Origin: Promethearchaeota archaeon
Lineage (GTDB): Archaea; Asgardarchaeota; Thorarchaeia; Thorarchaeales; Thorarchaeaceae
DNA: 64,000 nt
Direction: 5' to 3'
NCBI GenBank assembly: GCA_014728035.1
Contig: WJMJ01000059.1
Location: 96,001-160,000, forward strand
The position numbers were made by a program, and so were the translations under genes. Positions 48,570 through 58,688 of the stretch are shown here, one piece after another (the stretch's first letter is position 1; each line of letters starts with the position of its first letter). A model generated the notes under the pieces. The model saw only the letters and a list, made by a program, of their open reading frames with translations. It was not told the DNA's origin and searched no databases.

Positions 48570-48911
48570 CTATTCCAATCCGTGTTGCATATAATGGCCA
48601 GCTTTTTTCTTCTCCCCAAAACTACGAAGCCCTTCTGATTTCAGTTGGCTCCTTATTGCTCTTGCCTCAGATTGACTGATCTCTCCACGTTTTAAAAGGT
48701 ACTTCACTATCTCTTCAGCTTGGTTTACCGTGTCACAACGGCGGAGATAATCAACGACATCTGGTGTAAATCTGTATTGTTCAGTTTCCTCCTCTTCCGA
48801 CATCGTACGAACCCCATCAATCTTATGTGTTTGAGTTTTTCCCGACCGCATCTCCTCACTAATTGCAGGAAATGATTTCATGAATTCGTTGTCTCGATTC
48901 ATAATTATCAC
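48570..48911 (-). CDS. DUF2095-family archaeal protein
   Basis: PDVVDYLRRCDT...EIVKYLLKRGEI...GLRSFG.KK..GHY. Confidence 0.82.
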   Translation of the reverse strand: MIIMNRDNEFMKSFPAISEEMRSGKTQTHKIDGVRTMSEEEETEQYRFTPDVVDYLRRCDTVNQAEEIVKYLLKRGEISQSEARAIRSQLKSEGLRSFGEKKKAGHYMQHGLE

Positions 48912-48990
48912 TTTTTGAGACTAAATGCGTTCTATATTAGAAAGCTTGGAAATTGAACTTATAATCTTAGGGCTATCGTATCAACATTGA

Positions 48991-50517
48991 CTATTGAATA
49001 AATTTCCATGGCAACGGACCTTTCAGCCTCTCTCGATTATTGGCAATCGCAAAGAATGGAAGCCCTGTTTCCTTTTCTGCCCTTCTCCAACCTCCTAATC
49101 CTCCATACGATGCTGCAATCTTAATTATTTCCCCCATTTTTTTGTCACCCAAAGAAAGTGATGCCTGTATTCTTGCATGTCTCGGATCCAGTGTTTCAAC
49201 GGTAACCCTAGGAATATTGTTAATTCCTTGTTCTAGTGTCCGTATTTTTTCTCGTATGATGTAGATTGGTGATTGAGCATTACGTTCGAATCTTGTATTA
49301 GCTTTTGGAACAAAAGGATTAGCACTAATAGTAATTTTACCTGGAAAGATTTCTGCAATTTGTTTTGATAAATTGGTGATTGCAAGTATATCCTTTTCAT
49401 CTTCGTATGGAAGTCCAATGATGAAATATAGCTTGATTGAATACCACTTTGCGTCCGCTGCAAGTTTTACTGCCTTGAGAATAGCTTCATCCGTTAAACC
49501 TTTTCCCAAAATATTTCTTAGACGACTTGATCCGGTTTCAGGAGCTATTGTTAGAGTTCTTTGCCCCCCTTGCATCAACAAATCTAGAGATTTTCTGGAT
49601 ATTGAATCAGCTCGGAGTGACGGAGCTGATATTTCCAAATCTCGTTCTATACACCATTCAACTAGTTGTTCAAACTCTGGCAAGTCGCCCAAAGTTGGAG
49701 CAATGAAAGCTACTTTTCTTACTGGTGTTTCATTGATTCCTTTTGTGATAATCTCTTTCAATTTTTCAAACGAACGAAGTCTTCTGGGCCTGCATATATG
49801 TCCAACAAGACAAAATTTGCATGAATGCCCACAACCTCTCCCCACTTCTACAAGTAGTGCTTTTCCAAATACAGGTTCTAACTTTGCGCCCTCTGGAACA
49901 TCTGGGATAATCTGTTTTGTAGGATGGAACAGCTCATCTAAGTTTTGCATAATTTGCCGTTTGATTGGTTGTTTCTTTATACTTGGCACATATACACCTT
50001 GCAATTCTGCCATCTTGCCTAAAGCATCTTGTCTACTTTCAGAATTCAGTATACAATCAGCTATGCTATGAAATACCAAGTCCCCTTCTCCAATTACGAA
50101 AGCATCAATGAATAGCTCGTATGGACATGGGTTTGCACTTACTACGGGACCCCCCATAATCACAATTGGGTCTTCATTCATTCGATTGGCAGCTATATGT
50201 GGAATGTTTGCTTCAGATAGCATTTGTACAACATGAAGAATATCTTCTTCAAACGAAAGAGAAAACCCAATTAAATGATTATCTTTCAAATGTCTTTTTG
50301 TTTCAACAGATCTGATGGGAGAGTATGTATCATACCTAAAATATCGTTCACACGATATGTTCTTTCTTCTGTTCAAGCTTGAGTAGAAAAGATGTGTTGC
50401 TAAGCTTGTCATACCCGCACGATAGGTTGATGGATAACAATACCCAATCAGAACATCAACATCTCGGATGTCTTTAACTACGGTATTGATCTCGGTCAAA
50501 GATAGTTTTCCCAACAC
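48991..50517 (-). CDS. Radical SAM protein with N-terminal B12-binding-like domain
   Basis: YPSTYRAGMTSL, GGP, IGEGD, RGCGHSCKFC, IAPETGS, FIIGLP, PFVPK. Confidence 0.9.
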   Translation of the reverse strand: MLGKLSLTEINTVVKDIRDVDVLIGYCYPSTYRAGMTSLATHLFYSSLNRRKNISCERYFRYDTYSPIRSVETKRHLKDNHLIGFSLSFEEDILHVVQMLSEANIPHIAANRMNEDPIVIMGGPVVSANPCPYELFIDAFVIGEGDLVFHSIADCILNSESRQDALGKMAELQGVYVPSIKKQPIKRQIMQNLDELFHPTKQIIPDVPEGAKLEPVFGKALLVEVGRGCGHSCKFCLVGHICRPRRLRSFEKLKEIITKGINETPVRKVAFIAPTLGDLPEFEQLVEWCIERDLEISAPSLRADSISRKSLDLLMQGGQRTLTIAPETGSSRLRNILGKGLTDEAILKAVKLAADAKWYSIKLYFIIGLPYEDEKDILAITNLSKQIAEIFPGKITISANPFVPKANTRFERNAQSPIYIIREKIRTLEQGINNIPRVTVETLDPRHARIQASLSLGDKKMGEIIKIAASYGGLGGWRRAEKETGLPFFAIANNRERLKGPLPWKFIQ

Positions 50518-50523
50518 CTTCCC

Positions 50524-51807
50524 TCATTCAATTGATGTACTCTTCAATTCTCTCTTTTCTTGTTTTGCAACAATAAGCTTCCCCTCTTGGATATCTCTGT
50601 CTACAATTACTCCTATTCCTGTCTGTGCGTGGGGATGCAATACTGCTCCTGGGTAGATTAATGTGCCAATTCCGGTTTTTACGTGGTCTCCAATAATTGT
50701 TCCAAGTTTTCGTCGTCCAGAGTCAAGTCTCTCTCCTTTGATTGTCACATTAACTGATTTGTTGTCGTGTCTTAGATTTGCGGTTGTTGTCCCAGCACCA
50801 AAATTGACTTTTCTCCCAATAATCGAATCTCCCACATATGAAAGATGGCCGATACTAGATTCTTCCATGATTAGTGAATTTTTAACCTCACATGCGTTAC
50901 CAACTTTGACTCCACTCATCAGACTAGTATATGGTCGAATATAACAATTTGGTCCGATTTTGCAATCTTTTCCAATAAATACAGGACCTTGAATATAAGC
51001 TCCACTTCTTATTATTGCCCCCTCTTCCACAATTACGTTCTTTTTCAATACGGCTCCTTCTTCAATCGTCCCGTTCATCTTGCTCTCTGCTGTACTTAGA
51101 ATCTGTTTATTCGCTTCAAGTAGATCCCATGGTTTTCCTACATCCACCCACCATGATGGTAAGGTGTATGCTCCTACTGTTTCATTTGATGCTAACATCA
51201 TTATAGAATCAGTGATTTCATACTCTCCCCTTGAAGACAACTCAGTTTTATCAATTGCATCCCATAGATCTGGATTGACTCCGAATATTCCTGCATTTAT
51301 TAGGTTACTATCTACATCTCCTAATTTTGGCTTCTCAGAGATATCTGTAACTTTCTTATCCTTGACTACCACTACTCCATATGCTGAAATGTCTTCTACA
51401 GGATATACTGCCATTGTTAGGCTGTTCTTATGCTTATGATGAAAATCAATCAGGCCACTGAAACTGTTATGTTCTACCATTATGTCTCCATACATCAGAA
51501 GTATTTCGTCATCACCCGCAAATTCTCTGGCATATCCTGCAGCATGTGCCGTTCCCATCCTTTTTTCTTGGAGTGTGTACTCGATAATCATTTCACCCCA
51601 ATCTTGATTATCTATTGCTTTTCGTAGCTCGTCCCCCCTATACCCATAAACAACGAGTGTTTCTCTAATTCCAGCATCCTGCAAGGCTTTTAGGGTGTGG
51701 AATATCAATGGTTTTCCAGCTACAGGCAGAAGGTGTTTTGGAATGTTTGCTGAGAGTGGCATCATTCGTGTAGAATCTCCTGCTGCAAGTATTGCTGCTT
51801 TCTTCAT
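50524..51807 (-). CDS. glmU: Bifunctional sugar-1-phosphate nucleotidylyltransferase/acetyltransferase (archaeal GlmU)
   Basis: LAAGDSTRM, PKHLL, SSRGEYEITD, hexapeptide repeats, HLSYVGDS, NFGAGT..ANLRHD. Confidence 0.92.
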   Translation of the reverse strand: MKKAAILAAGDSTRMMPLSANIPKHLLPVAGKPLIFHTLKALQDAGIRETLVVYGYRGDELRKAIDNQDWGEMIIEYTLQEKRMGTAHAAGYAREFAGDDEILLMYGDIMVEHNSFSGLIDFHHKHKNSLTMAVYPVEDISAYGVVVVKDKKVTDISEKPKLGDVDSNLINAGIFGVNPDLWDAIDKTELSSRGEYEITDSIMMLASNETVGAYTLPSWWVDVGKPWDLLEANKQILSTAESKMNGTIEEGAVLKKNVIVEEGAIIRSGAYIQGPVFIGKDCKIGPNCYIRPYTSLMSGVKVGNACEVKNSLIMEESSIGHLSYVGDSIIGRKVNFGAGTTTANLRHDNKSVNVTIKGERLDSGRRKLGTIIGDHVKTGIGTLIYPGAVLHPHAQTGIGVIVDRDIQEGKLIVAKQEKRELKSTSIE

Positions 51808-52034
51808 TTTTCCTCGTGATAGTGCAGTAACATATGATTAAAGAGTCTGACGCTGTAATTACTTAAATTATCATCAATAATATAAAACAACTAATTAATA
51901 CCGCGGTGTTAAACCGCGTTACATTAATCTGCCCTGCGATAGATTAATAAGGGTTTTCGTATATACAAGACATGTCGTGTGGTCAGTATCAGTGAGCTGC
52001 ATCCACATGGAAAATATAGAGGTGAAATTACAAA

Positions 52035-52280
52035 ATGATGAGCGATGAAGAATTAGCCGCTGAACTCAAGGACCTCAAACTCACTAAGAGTCAAAAGATT
52101 GTTCTTGATATCCTTCGTAGTACTGGAAGAGACGGCGTTACTCCTAAGCAGCTCCTGGACAAAGTTTCCTTTGCACCAAGAACTGTCCGATACGCCCTTC
52201 GCAAACTACTGAAGAAGAAGCTAATCAAACGTGTGCCTTGTTTACAGGACATGCGTCAATGGATATATGTACCTGCATAA
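52035..52280 (+). CDS. Small MarR-like winged-helix regulator
   Basis: TPKQLL...PRTVRYALRKL...QDMRQWIY; GAGGTGA SD. Confidence 0.85.
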   Translation: MMSDEELAAELKDLKLTKSQKIVLDILRSTGRDGVTPKQLLDKVSFAPRTVRYALRKLLKKKLIKRVPCLQDMRQWIYVPA

Positions 52281-52417
52281 TCAGGTTCAGAATAGAGGCC
52301 GTTTTTATGGTCTTATTCGGTTTTGGAACTGTTTTCAAAACCATTTGAATTGCTAACTAGTGATAGTTAGGCAATATTATCAATTGGTGAGCAATCACCA
52401 ACAGCTGGGGTGACAAT

Positions 52418-53086
52418 ATGGATACGGTAAAAATTCTGACTGGAGAAGCAGTAAGTGCTGCAGTGCATGCGCTTAATGATCAAACACGAAGACAGATCTT
52501 GCATGCATTGCGTGCACGAAGAATGTCAACCAGCGACTTGTGTGAATTCTTAGCAGAACGTGATCCTGAAAAGAAAATCAAGCCCCAAACTGTGAGATAT
52601 CACTTGAAAGAACTTGAGAGTGCAGGTCTTGTCGAACAAGATGGTTATGCTCCAGCTGGAAATGGTGATTCTCATATTCAAAAGAAAATTTGGAGAGCTA
52701 CTGCTGAAAACATATTCATTGCAACTGGTGATATGGACGGACTTCCAGAAAGGGCAAATCCTTCCTTAGAAAAGACCTTGGACCTTGTTGCAATAATGAA
52801 GCAAATTGGTTTTCATATTCCCGATGATGAAGTCTTAGCAAAACTAGCAAATGATTTTGTTGAAAGGGACAAGCTTCTGAAAAAAGGACGAACTCGTGCC
52901 AAAGCTACACTTAGTGATATTCCTGCAATTGATCCTGGTGTCTATCTTTCCCTACGAAGGATTCTAAGTATTATTCAACTTGGAGAGCATGAATACGACC
53001 TTTATTGGGAATTGACTAATCGTGTTTGCAGTATCCTTCGTGATGCATACAAAAATGGCGTTGGCAAGAATCCTGAGGTTTACTAA
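52418..53086 (+). CDS. ArsR-like winged-helix regulator with C-terminal helical domain
   Basis: ALNDQTRRQILHAL, TVRYHLKELESAGLV. Confidence 0.82.
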   Translation: MDTVKILTGEAVSAAVHALNDQTRRQILHALRARRMSTSDLCEFLAERDPEKKIKPQTVRYHLKELESAGLVEQDGYAPAGNGDSHIQKKIWRATAENIFIATGDMDGLPERANPSLEKTLDLVAIMKQIGFHIPDDEVLAKLANDFVERDKLLKKGRTRAKATLSDIPAIDPGVYLSLRRILSIIQLGEHEYDLYWELTNRVCSILRDAYKNGVGKNPEVY

Positions 53087-53089
53087 TTT

Positions 53090-55381
53090 CTATTTCTTAT
53101 ATTGTGAGGTAAGCAATCGTCTTATTGTTCCTGCGATTTTAGGCCCAACACCTTTCACTCGTTGAAGTTCTTTTTTATCCGCATTGAAAATGTATTCAAG
53201 AGTACCAAATTCTGAAAGAATTGCCCTAGAGGTTACTGTATCTACTCCTGGGAATCCGGATAAAATGTATTCAAGAGTTTCTGAATCACTACTTCCCATT
53301 TCACCCGTTCTTGTTCTGAGAGTTTTCTTTTCACTTATTTGTTCAAGGTGTGCTAATCTGTACAGTACTTGAGCTGTTTCTTCTGGGTTTCTAGTCCAGA
53401 GAATTGGAATTTGTATCCTTATTGCAATGGATGCCAGTGCGCCATATATTGAGGCAGGATTTACTCCACGGAGTCCGATTATCTGCTCACCTTCAATGAT
53501 AAGAACTGGTCTTTGATAAGCTGATCTGAGTGAACTCAACTGAGAAAACAATCGACCATCTATCATTGATTGGATGAAATCGTTACTCTCTTTTCTTTCA
53601 ATGGCTACATCCTCTGAAGCAATGTAATCTCCAATCTCAAGTGCTTCTCCCTGGATGATTACTCCTAGTCTTGCGAGTTCTCGTGCAACACCTGTAGATA
53701 ATTCTCGTGAATCAACTATCATTGTAATTTTATCGTTCCCTTTTTCTGAACTAAGCGGAGTGTCTCCTGGAGAAATAGCGTCTTCTTTTTCTTCTACAAA
53801 GTCCTCCAAACTTGTTTGGCTATCATCTGTTTCTTTTGCATCTTCTAGAGCTGCTGGCATCTTTTTCAGTTTCCGAATCACACTCCAATGATAAAACTCG
53901 TCATGGGTATCTTTTGCAACAAAAATGATTACTTGTCCTGGTGAGTGTCTCCCTGTTCTTCCTCTCCTCTGAATATATGGAACCACTGATGGTACACAAT
54001 CATAGAAAACAACTAAATTGCATTCTGGAATATCAAGACCCTCCTCTCCTACTTGAGTTGCAACTAAAATATTGAACTCATTATTCCTGAATCCTTGTAG
54101 TACCTCTACTTGCTTCTTTTGAGTGAATCCCTTGTCCGATCCTTTTGAGCTCTGTCCTACAAATCTACTGACACGAGCATCTTCAAGTTGTTCTAGGGTT
54201 TCTGTAACTTCTGCTGCAGTGTCTCTGAATCTTGTGAACACCAAGATTCGTGAATCTAAATCATTTGAAAGCTGCTCACTTACTATTTCAAGAATCGTAT
54301 CCGCTTTTGGATGACGATATCCCTTTGATACCAAAGCGTCCAATAAGTTCTCAAATTGATGGAATTCAGCTCGGGAAACTAAATCTTGAACTCCCTTTGA
54401 GCTTCTCTTATTCCTTATTTCTTCATACATTCCCTGAATATATCTCAATGTTGGTGTAAGCCCTTGTGTGCCTACAAACTCGAGCAAGTGTACAATTCGA
54501 AGTGATGCTGTTAATTTCTTAATCAATAGAAACAGATGTTTTGGTGGTTTCGTATATGTTCCAATCTCCTTGCGAATCTGAGCTTGAGTTTTTAGAATGT
54601 CTTTTTTGCTTATCCGACGGCTTGACCCTACGGAATATCCATAATTTCTAATGGGTGATGTATATGATTCTAGCAAATCATACAGAATATCTCGAAGAAC
54701 TTCCACCTCTGGTGGGAGTATTATGTATCTGATATCACTATCGATTGATACTATGTATTTTTTCACATCTTCACTTTCTGCAGTTCGGACCTCTACTTTA
54801 TTCAATCGCAAGTTTTTGCGTACTTGTCTTATTTGATCTGCTTCATGTCCAGGAGATGCTGTAAGCCCGAGCGAAAGCTGGTTTCTGCCTTGTTGCTCAT
54901 AGAGTTCTGCGATAAATGTATATGCATAATTCCCAACACCTCTATGAGCTTCATCAAAAACAATTAGTGATACATCATTCAAATTATAGCTATTTTGAAC
55001 TAAATCATTTTGGAGCGATTGTGGTGTCATCACAGCTATTTTGACTGTATTCCACGAAGCTCTTCTATTTTCAGGACCTTCTTGACCCGTAAGACATACA
55101 ATCTCTTCGTTTCCAAGTGTAAGCACTCTTTGTAAGAATCTCGCTTGCTGGTCTACTAAAGGTCTAGAAGGAGCGAGAATTAGCACTTTTGAGTCTGGGT
55201 ATTCTACAAGTCTTTTAGCTGCTAACAGTGCGGCAATGACAGTTTTTCCTAGACCCGTACTGAGAACAATGAGAGTGCTCTCTTTAGCAGCACTTTCTGC
55301 TAAATTCATCTGATACTCTCTATACTCTATACTCTTTGGTTTGATCAAGCCCATTTCGACATAGTGTACTGGTTTTACCAT
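53090..55381 (-). CDS. hef: Hef helicase-nuclease (FANCM-like SF2 helicase + ERCC4/XPF nuclease + HhH)
   Basis: STGLGKT, DEAH, TASPG, GEEGLDIP, QRRGRTGR, VDSRE, GDY, IERK, GVGPK. Confidence 0.95.
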   Translation of the reverse strand: MVKPVHYVEMGLIKPKSIEYREYQMNLAESAAKESTLIVLSTGLGKTVIAALLAAKRLVEYPDSKVLILAPSRPLVDQQARFLQRVLTLGNEEIVCLTGQEGPENRRASWNTVKIAVMTPQSLQNDLVQNSYNLNDVSLIVFDEAHRGVGNYAYTFIAELYEQQGRNQLSLGLTASPGHEADQIRQVRKNLRLNKVEVRTAESEDVKKYIVSIDSDIRYIILPPEVEVLRDILYDLLESYTSPIRNYGYSVGSSRRISKKDILKTQAQIRKEIGTYTKPPKHLFLLIKKLTASLRIVHLLEFVGTQGLTPTLRYIQGMYEEIRNKRSSKGVQDLVSRAEFHQFENLLDALVSKGYRHPKADTILEIVSEQLSNDLDSRILVFTRFRDTAAEVTETLEQLEDARVSRFVGQSSKGSDKGFTQKKQVEVLQGFRNNEFNILVATQVGEEGLDIPECNLVVFYDCVPSVVPYIQRRGRTGRHSPGQVIIFVAKDTHDEFYHWSVIRKLKKMPAALEDAKETDDSQTSLEDFVEEKEDAISPGDTPLSSEKGNDKITMIVDSRELSTGVARELARLGVIIQGEALEIGDYIASEDVAIERKESNDFIQSMIDGRLFSQLSSLRSAYQRPVLIIEGEQIIGLRGVNPASIYGALASIAIRIQIPILWTRNPEETAQVLYRLAHLEQISEKKTLRTRTGEMGSSDSETLEYILSGFPGVDTVTSRAILSEFGTLEYIFNADKKELQRVKGVGPKIAGTIRRLLTSQYKK

Positions 55382-55527
55382 TTTTCATTCTCACACCAAG
55401 GTCTGTATTATTTTATATCGTTATCAGTAAAAAGCCTCCTACTATTTGCAATTCCGTTCTATTTCAACCGTATAATACTCGCTCTAAAAAAGTAACAATT
55501 CAATCCTTGATATAGGAGTCTAGAATT

Positions 55528-55863
55528 ATGACAAGTAGTGATTCAGTTCCAACTATTGAAGCTGAGCTATACGAACTTAGTATGCCAGGTAGATTACTTG
55601 GCAAGGAAGTACTAGATAGTAGAGCTCGTCGTATAGGAATCGTCCGGAGCATTCGAATTGCACTACATCCAACTCGTTCGGAATTAATCGTTAAGGGTGC
55701 TGAAGTAGAATTCCCGATTGATTTTAGCAAAGTTGAAACAGTTGGGACTGTTGTTCAGCTCAATTCATTAGTGAAAGATGCTGAAGAAATTGAAGTTCAT
55801 GATGTAATTCGTTTACAAAAAGAAGTTCTAGATGATATTCGAAGTTATCTTGGTGGTAGATAA
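55528..55863 (+). CDS. PRC-barrel domain protein
   Basis: LLGKEVLDSRARRIGIV..I, IDFSKVETVGTVVQL. Confidence 0.78.
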   Translation: MTSSDSVPTIEAELYELSMPGRLLGKEVLDSRARRIGIVRSIRIALHPTRSELIVKGAEVEFPIDFSKVETVGTVVQLNSLVKDAEEIEVHDVIRLQKEVLDDIRSYLGGR

Positions 55864-55931
55864 ACCTCGTCTTGCCCCTTCGAAGATGTTAATAGCAATC
55901 TTGAACCATCATCATCTTCGGAGCTAATCTT

Positions 55932-56597
55932 ATGGAGCTAACAATCGAACAACTTGCCAAAATGATTGATCATACTGAGCTCAAACCAAATGCATCTCGA
56001 AAAAAAATCGAGAAAATTTGTGAAGAAGCTAGGCATCATAATTTTGCAGCTGTCTGTATCAATCCTGTACATGTTCAATATGTTTCAGATTTACTGAAAG
56101 GGTCAAGTGTGCAGGTATGCTGTGTGGTTGGATTTCCACTCGGTTCAAATTTGTCTGAAATAAAGGCAAAAGAAGCTGAACTTGCAGTTTCTCAAGGTGC
56201 TCATGAAATTGATATGGTTCTAAATGTGGGTGCATTGCTAGACAAGGATTACGACTATGTCAAGTCAGACATTCATAGTGTCGTAATGGCATCAGGCTCT
56301 GCGTCCGTAAAGGTAATTCTCGAAACTGGTTTCCTTTCTGATGAAGAGATTCGCAAAGCATGTCTTTTAGCTAAAGAAGCTGGTGCTGACTATGTCAAAA
56401 CCTCGACAGGATTTGGCCCTCGTGGAGCTTCAGTTCATGATGTTGAAATAATGCAGGATGTAGTTGGTGAGGATTTGAAAATTAAGGCTGCTGGTGGTAT
56501 TCGTAACTTCGAGACCGCTTTAGAATTGATTAAAGCGGGTGCAGACAGGTTAGGTGCTAGTGCAGGTGTTGCAATAATCAAAGGATTTCCGAAGTAG
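55932..56597 (+). CDS. deoC: Deoxyribose-phosphate aldolase
   Basis: IDHTEL, VGFPLG, EIDMV, KVILET, VKTSTGF, KAAGGIR. Confidence 0.96.
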   Translation: MELTIEQLAKMIDHTELKPNASRKKIEKICEEARHHNFAAVCINPVHVQYVSDLLKGSSVQVCCVVGFPLGSNLSEIKAKEAELAVSQGAHEIDMVLNVGALLDKDYDYVKSDIHSVVMASGSASVKVILETGFLSDEEIRKACLLAKEAGADYVKTSTGFGPRGASVHDVEIMQDVVGEDLKIKAAGGIRNFETALELIKAGADRLGASAGVAIIKGFPK

Positions 56598-56646
56598 ATG
56601 GAAACGCTATATTTGTTTTAAGTCACCATTTGGAGTGTAGAACTAG

Positions 56647-58593
56647 TTGGCAAGAAAAAGGCGAAGAAAATTCCGACGCGGTCATGCTCCATATCTTGGA
56701 AAAATACGTTTCAATTGGTGTGATTCATGTAATGTTCCTCTAGTAGGCAAAAACCAATGCAGCATTTGTGGCGAGAAACCTCGCAAAGTAAAGATTTCTC
56801 CTCCTGGTGATCCCTTTCCTGCAATGGAGGGTCATCTTGAAAGGGCAATTTCAACAATCGATGAACACTTTGGCACTGATGTCGGAAAGAAAGTTCTTCC
56901 CTCAAACAAAACTATTGTGATGAACAAGGTGTCTGCTCTTGATGCCATGTACGAAATTATTGTTGATGGATATGTTATTGGTCGTCTACGTTTTGATATT
57001 CCCAAAAAAGGCTATTCTCTACTTCTATCAATAGAAGGAGGACGTCGTATCGGTGCAGTTAGCAAGAAGAAATGGGTTTCTTGTTATGATGATGTTATTC
57101 CCTACCTCCGAAAAGGAGCTAATCTGATGGTTCCTGGAATTATTGGATGTGATAGTGGTATTGAGATTGGAGACGAAGTTTGGCTAATTGATCAGAGTGG
57201 CTCTGTAATTGCAGTAGGAACTGCTAGAATGAGTGGTACTGAAATGGCTGAATCAAACAAGGGTTATGCAATTAAAATCCGCACATTCTCTGAGCATCCA
57301 TACCCTCGCATCAATAGCAAAACCTCTACTTGGGACGATGCGGTTTTAGCAAATAGCGTTCATCTTGAAAAAATCGAATCTGAGGCAATATCATTTATTC
57401 GCAAGATTGCTGATAGGTATGACTATCCTAAAGTAGTTGGATTTAGTGGAGGAAAAGACTCGCTTGTAACTTACCTTTTGGTCGAACATGCTTTGAAAAA
57501 GAGTCCTCCCCTTTTTTTCATGGATACTGGTTTAGAACTTCCCGAAACAATTCAATATATCAATGATTTTGCATCTCGCCATAACACAACTATTGTTGGG
57601 CAAGATGTGGGTAACCGATTCTGGAGTTCAGTTGATGTTTTCGGTCCTCCTGCACGAGACTTTCGATGGTGTTGTAAGGTTCTTAAACTTGGTCCTGCAG
57701 CAAAAGCTATATCTGAAGAGATGGGTGGCAATACTGTTTCTTTTATGGGCCAGAGAAAACTAGAATCTTTTCAGAGGTCCATTGAACCTAGAGTAACATC
57801 CAATCCTTGGGTGCCTGGACAAACATCTGCTAATCCTATTCAGCGGTGGAATGCACTAGAGGTTTGGCTATACATTTTCAGAGAACAAGAGCCTTTCAAT
57901 ATGCTTTACAATAAGGGATATCATCGTATGGGCTGTTACTTGTGTCCAGCTTCTCCTTTAGCTGAAATATATAGTCTTAGTGAAACTCATCCAGAGCTTT
58001 ACAGAAAATGGCGGGATAAGTTACTGGAATGGGCAGACAAATTTGGCTTTCCTAAAGCCTGGGCGGATTACGGATTCTGGAGATGGAAAACTTTACCCAA
58101 AGGCCAAATGAACTTGATTCGTAAAATGGATTTAGAAATCAGAAAAGATCGTCCTAGCCCCAAACAGAAGCTAGAACTTAATGTTGTAAAGGGGGTTTCT
58201 CCTTGTGTGTTAGCTGGTTATAGTCTAGAAGGCCAATTTTCAGAGGGAATTGATTTAGAACGGATTGCCAACATTGCACCAATTTTTGGAAAAACCAATT
58301 TATCTGAGGAGTTAGGTGCGCTTCGTATTGTATCGGGTGGTACTACCATCAATTTGTTTTCTTCAGGATCCCTTGTTATTCGAGGAAATGATGAAAATGA
58401 GATTGAAAATCTTACTAAGCAGTTTGAAAGGGCAACAACACGTGCAATCTTTTGCCAATCTTGTGAATCATGTATTCCCCAATGTAAACATGAAGCACTG
58501 ATAATTCGTGATGGAAGAATAGCTGTTGATACATCAATGTGTGTTCAGTGTTTGGAGTGTGATAATTGGCCTTGTCCAACCTATCTTGCGTAA
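56647..58593 (+). CDS. PUA-domain + PAPS-reductase-family + 4Fe-4S protein
   Basis: WCDSCNVP, PUA-like GANLMVPG..GDEV, PP-loop FSGGKDS, WCCKVLK, RMGCYLCP, C-terminal Cys cluster. Confidence 0.88.
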   Translation: MARKRRRKFRRGHAPYLGKIRFNWCDSCNVPLVGKNQCSICGEKPRKVKISPPGDPFPAMEGHLERAISTIDEHFGTDVGKKVLPSNKTIVMNKVSALDAMYEIIVDGYVIGRLRFDIPKKGYSLLLSIEGGRRIGAVSKKKWVSCYDDVIPYLRKGANLMVPGIIGCDSGIEIGDEVWLIDQSGSVIAVGTARMSGTEMAESNKGYAIKIRTFSEHPYPRINSKTSTWDDAVLANSVHLEKIESEAISFIRKIADRYDYPKVVGFSGGKDSLVTYLLVEHALKKSPPLFFMDTGLELPETIQYINDFASRHNTTIVGQDVGNRFWSSVDVFGPPARDFRWCCKVLKLGPAAKAISEEMGGNTVSFMGQRKLESFQRSIEPRVTSNPWVPGQTSANPIQRWNALEVWLYIFREQEPFNMLYNKGYHRMGCYLCPASPLAEIYSLSETHPELYRKWRDKLLEWADKFGFPKAWADYGFWRWKTLPKGQMNLIRKMDLEIRKDRPSPKQKLELNVVKGVSPCVLAGYSLEGQFSEGIDLERIANIAPIFGKTNLSEELGALRIVSGGTTINLFSSGSLVIRGNDENEIENLTKQFERATTRAIFCQSCESCIPQCKHEALIIRDGRIAVDTSMCVQCLECDNWPCPTYLA

Positions 58594-58688
58594 GAACTTG
58601 TTCAAATAAATTCTGTTTCTTCAGTCAAGTTTAATTGTCTGTTCTGAACTCACACTACTAGGTCGTAAATACAAAAGGAAGGATTAGA

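Noticed and set aside
49373-50071. 232-aa antisense ORF and the many other short opposite-strand or overlapping ORFs
   Set aside because: Shadow frames of well-supported genes, with Ser/Ile/Phe-rich composition typical of antisense translation
48991-50517. Radical SAM gene near the dpd locus as the RaSEA partner of the ArcS-like protein
   Set aside because: Its size (508 aa) and B12-binding-like N-terminus fit a different radical SAM family, and it appears co-transcribed with glmU
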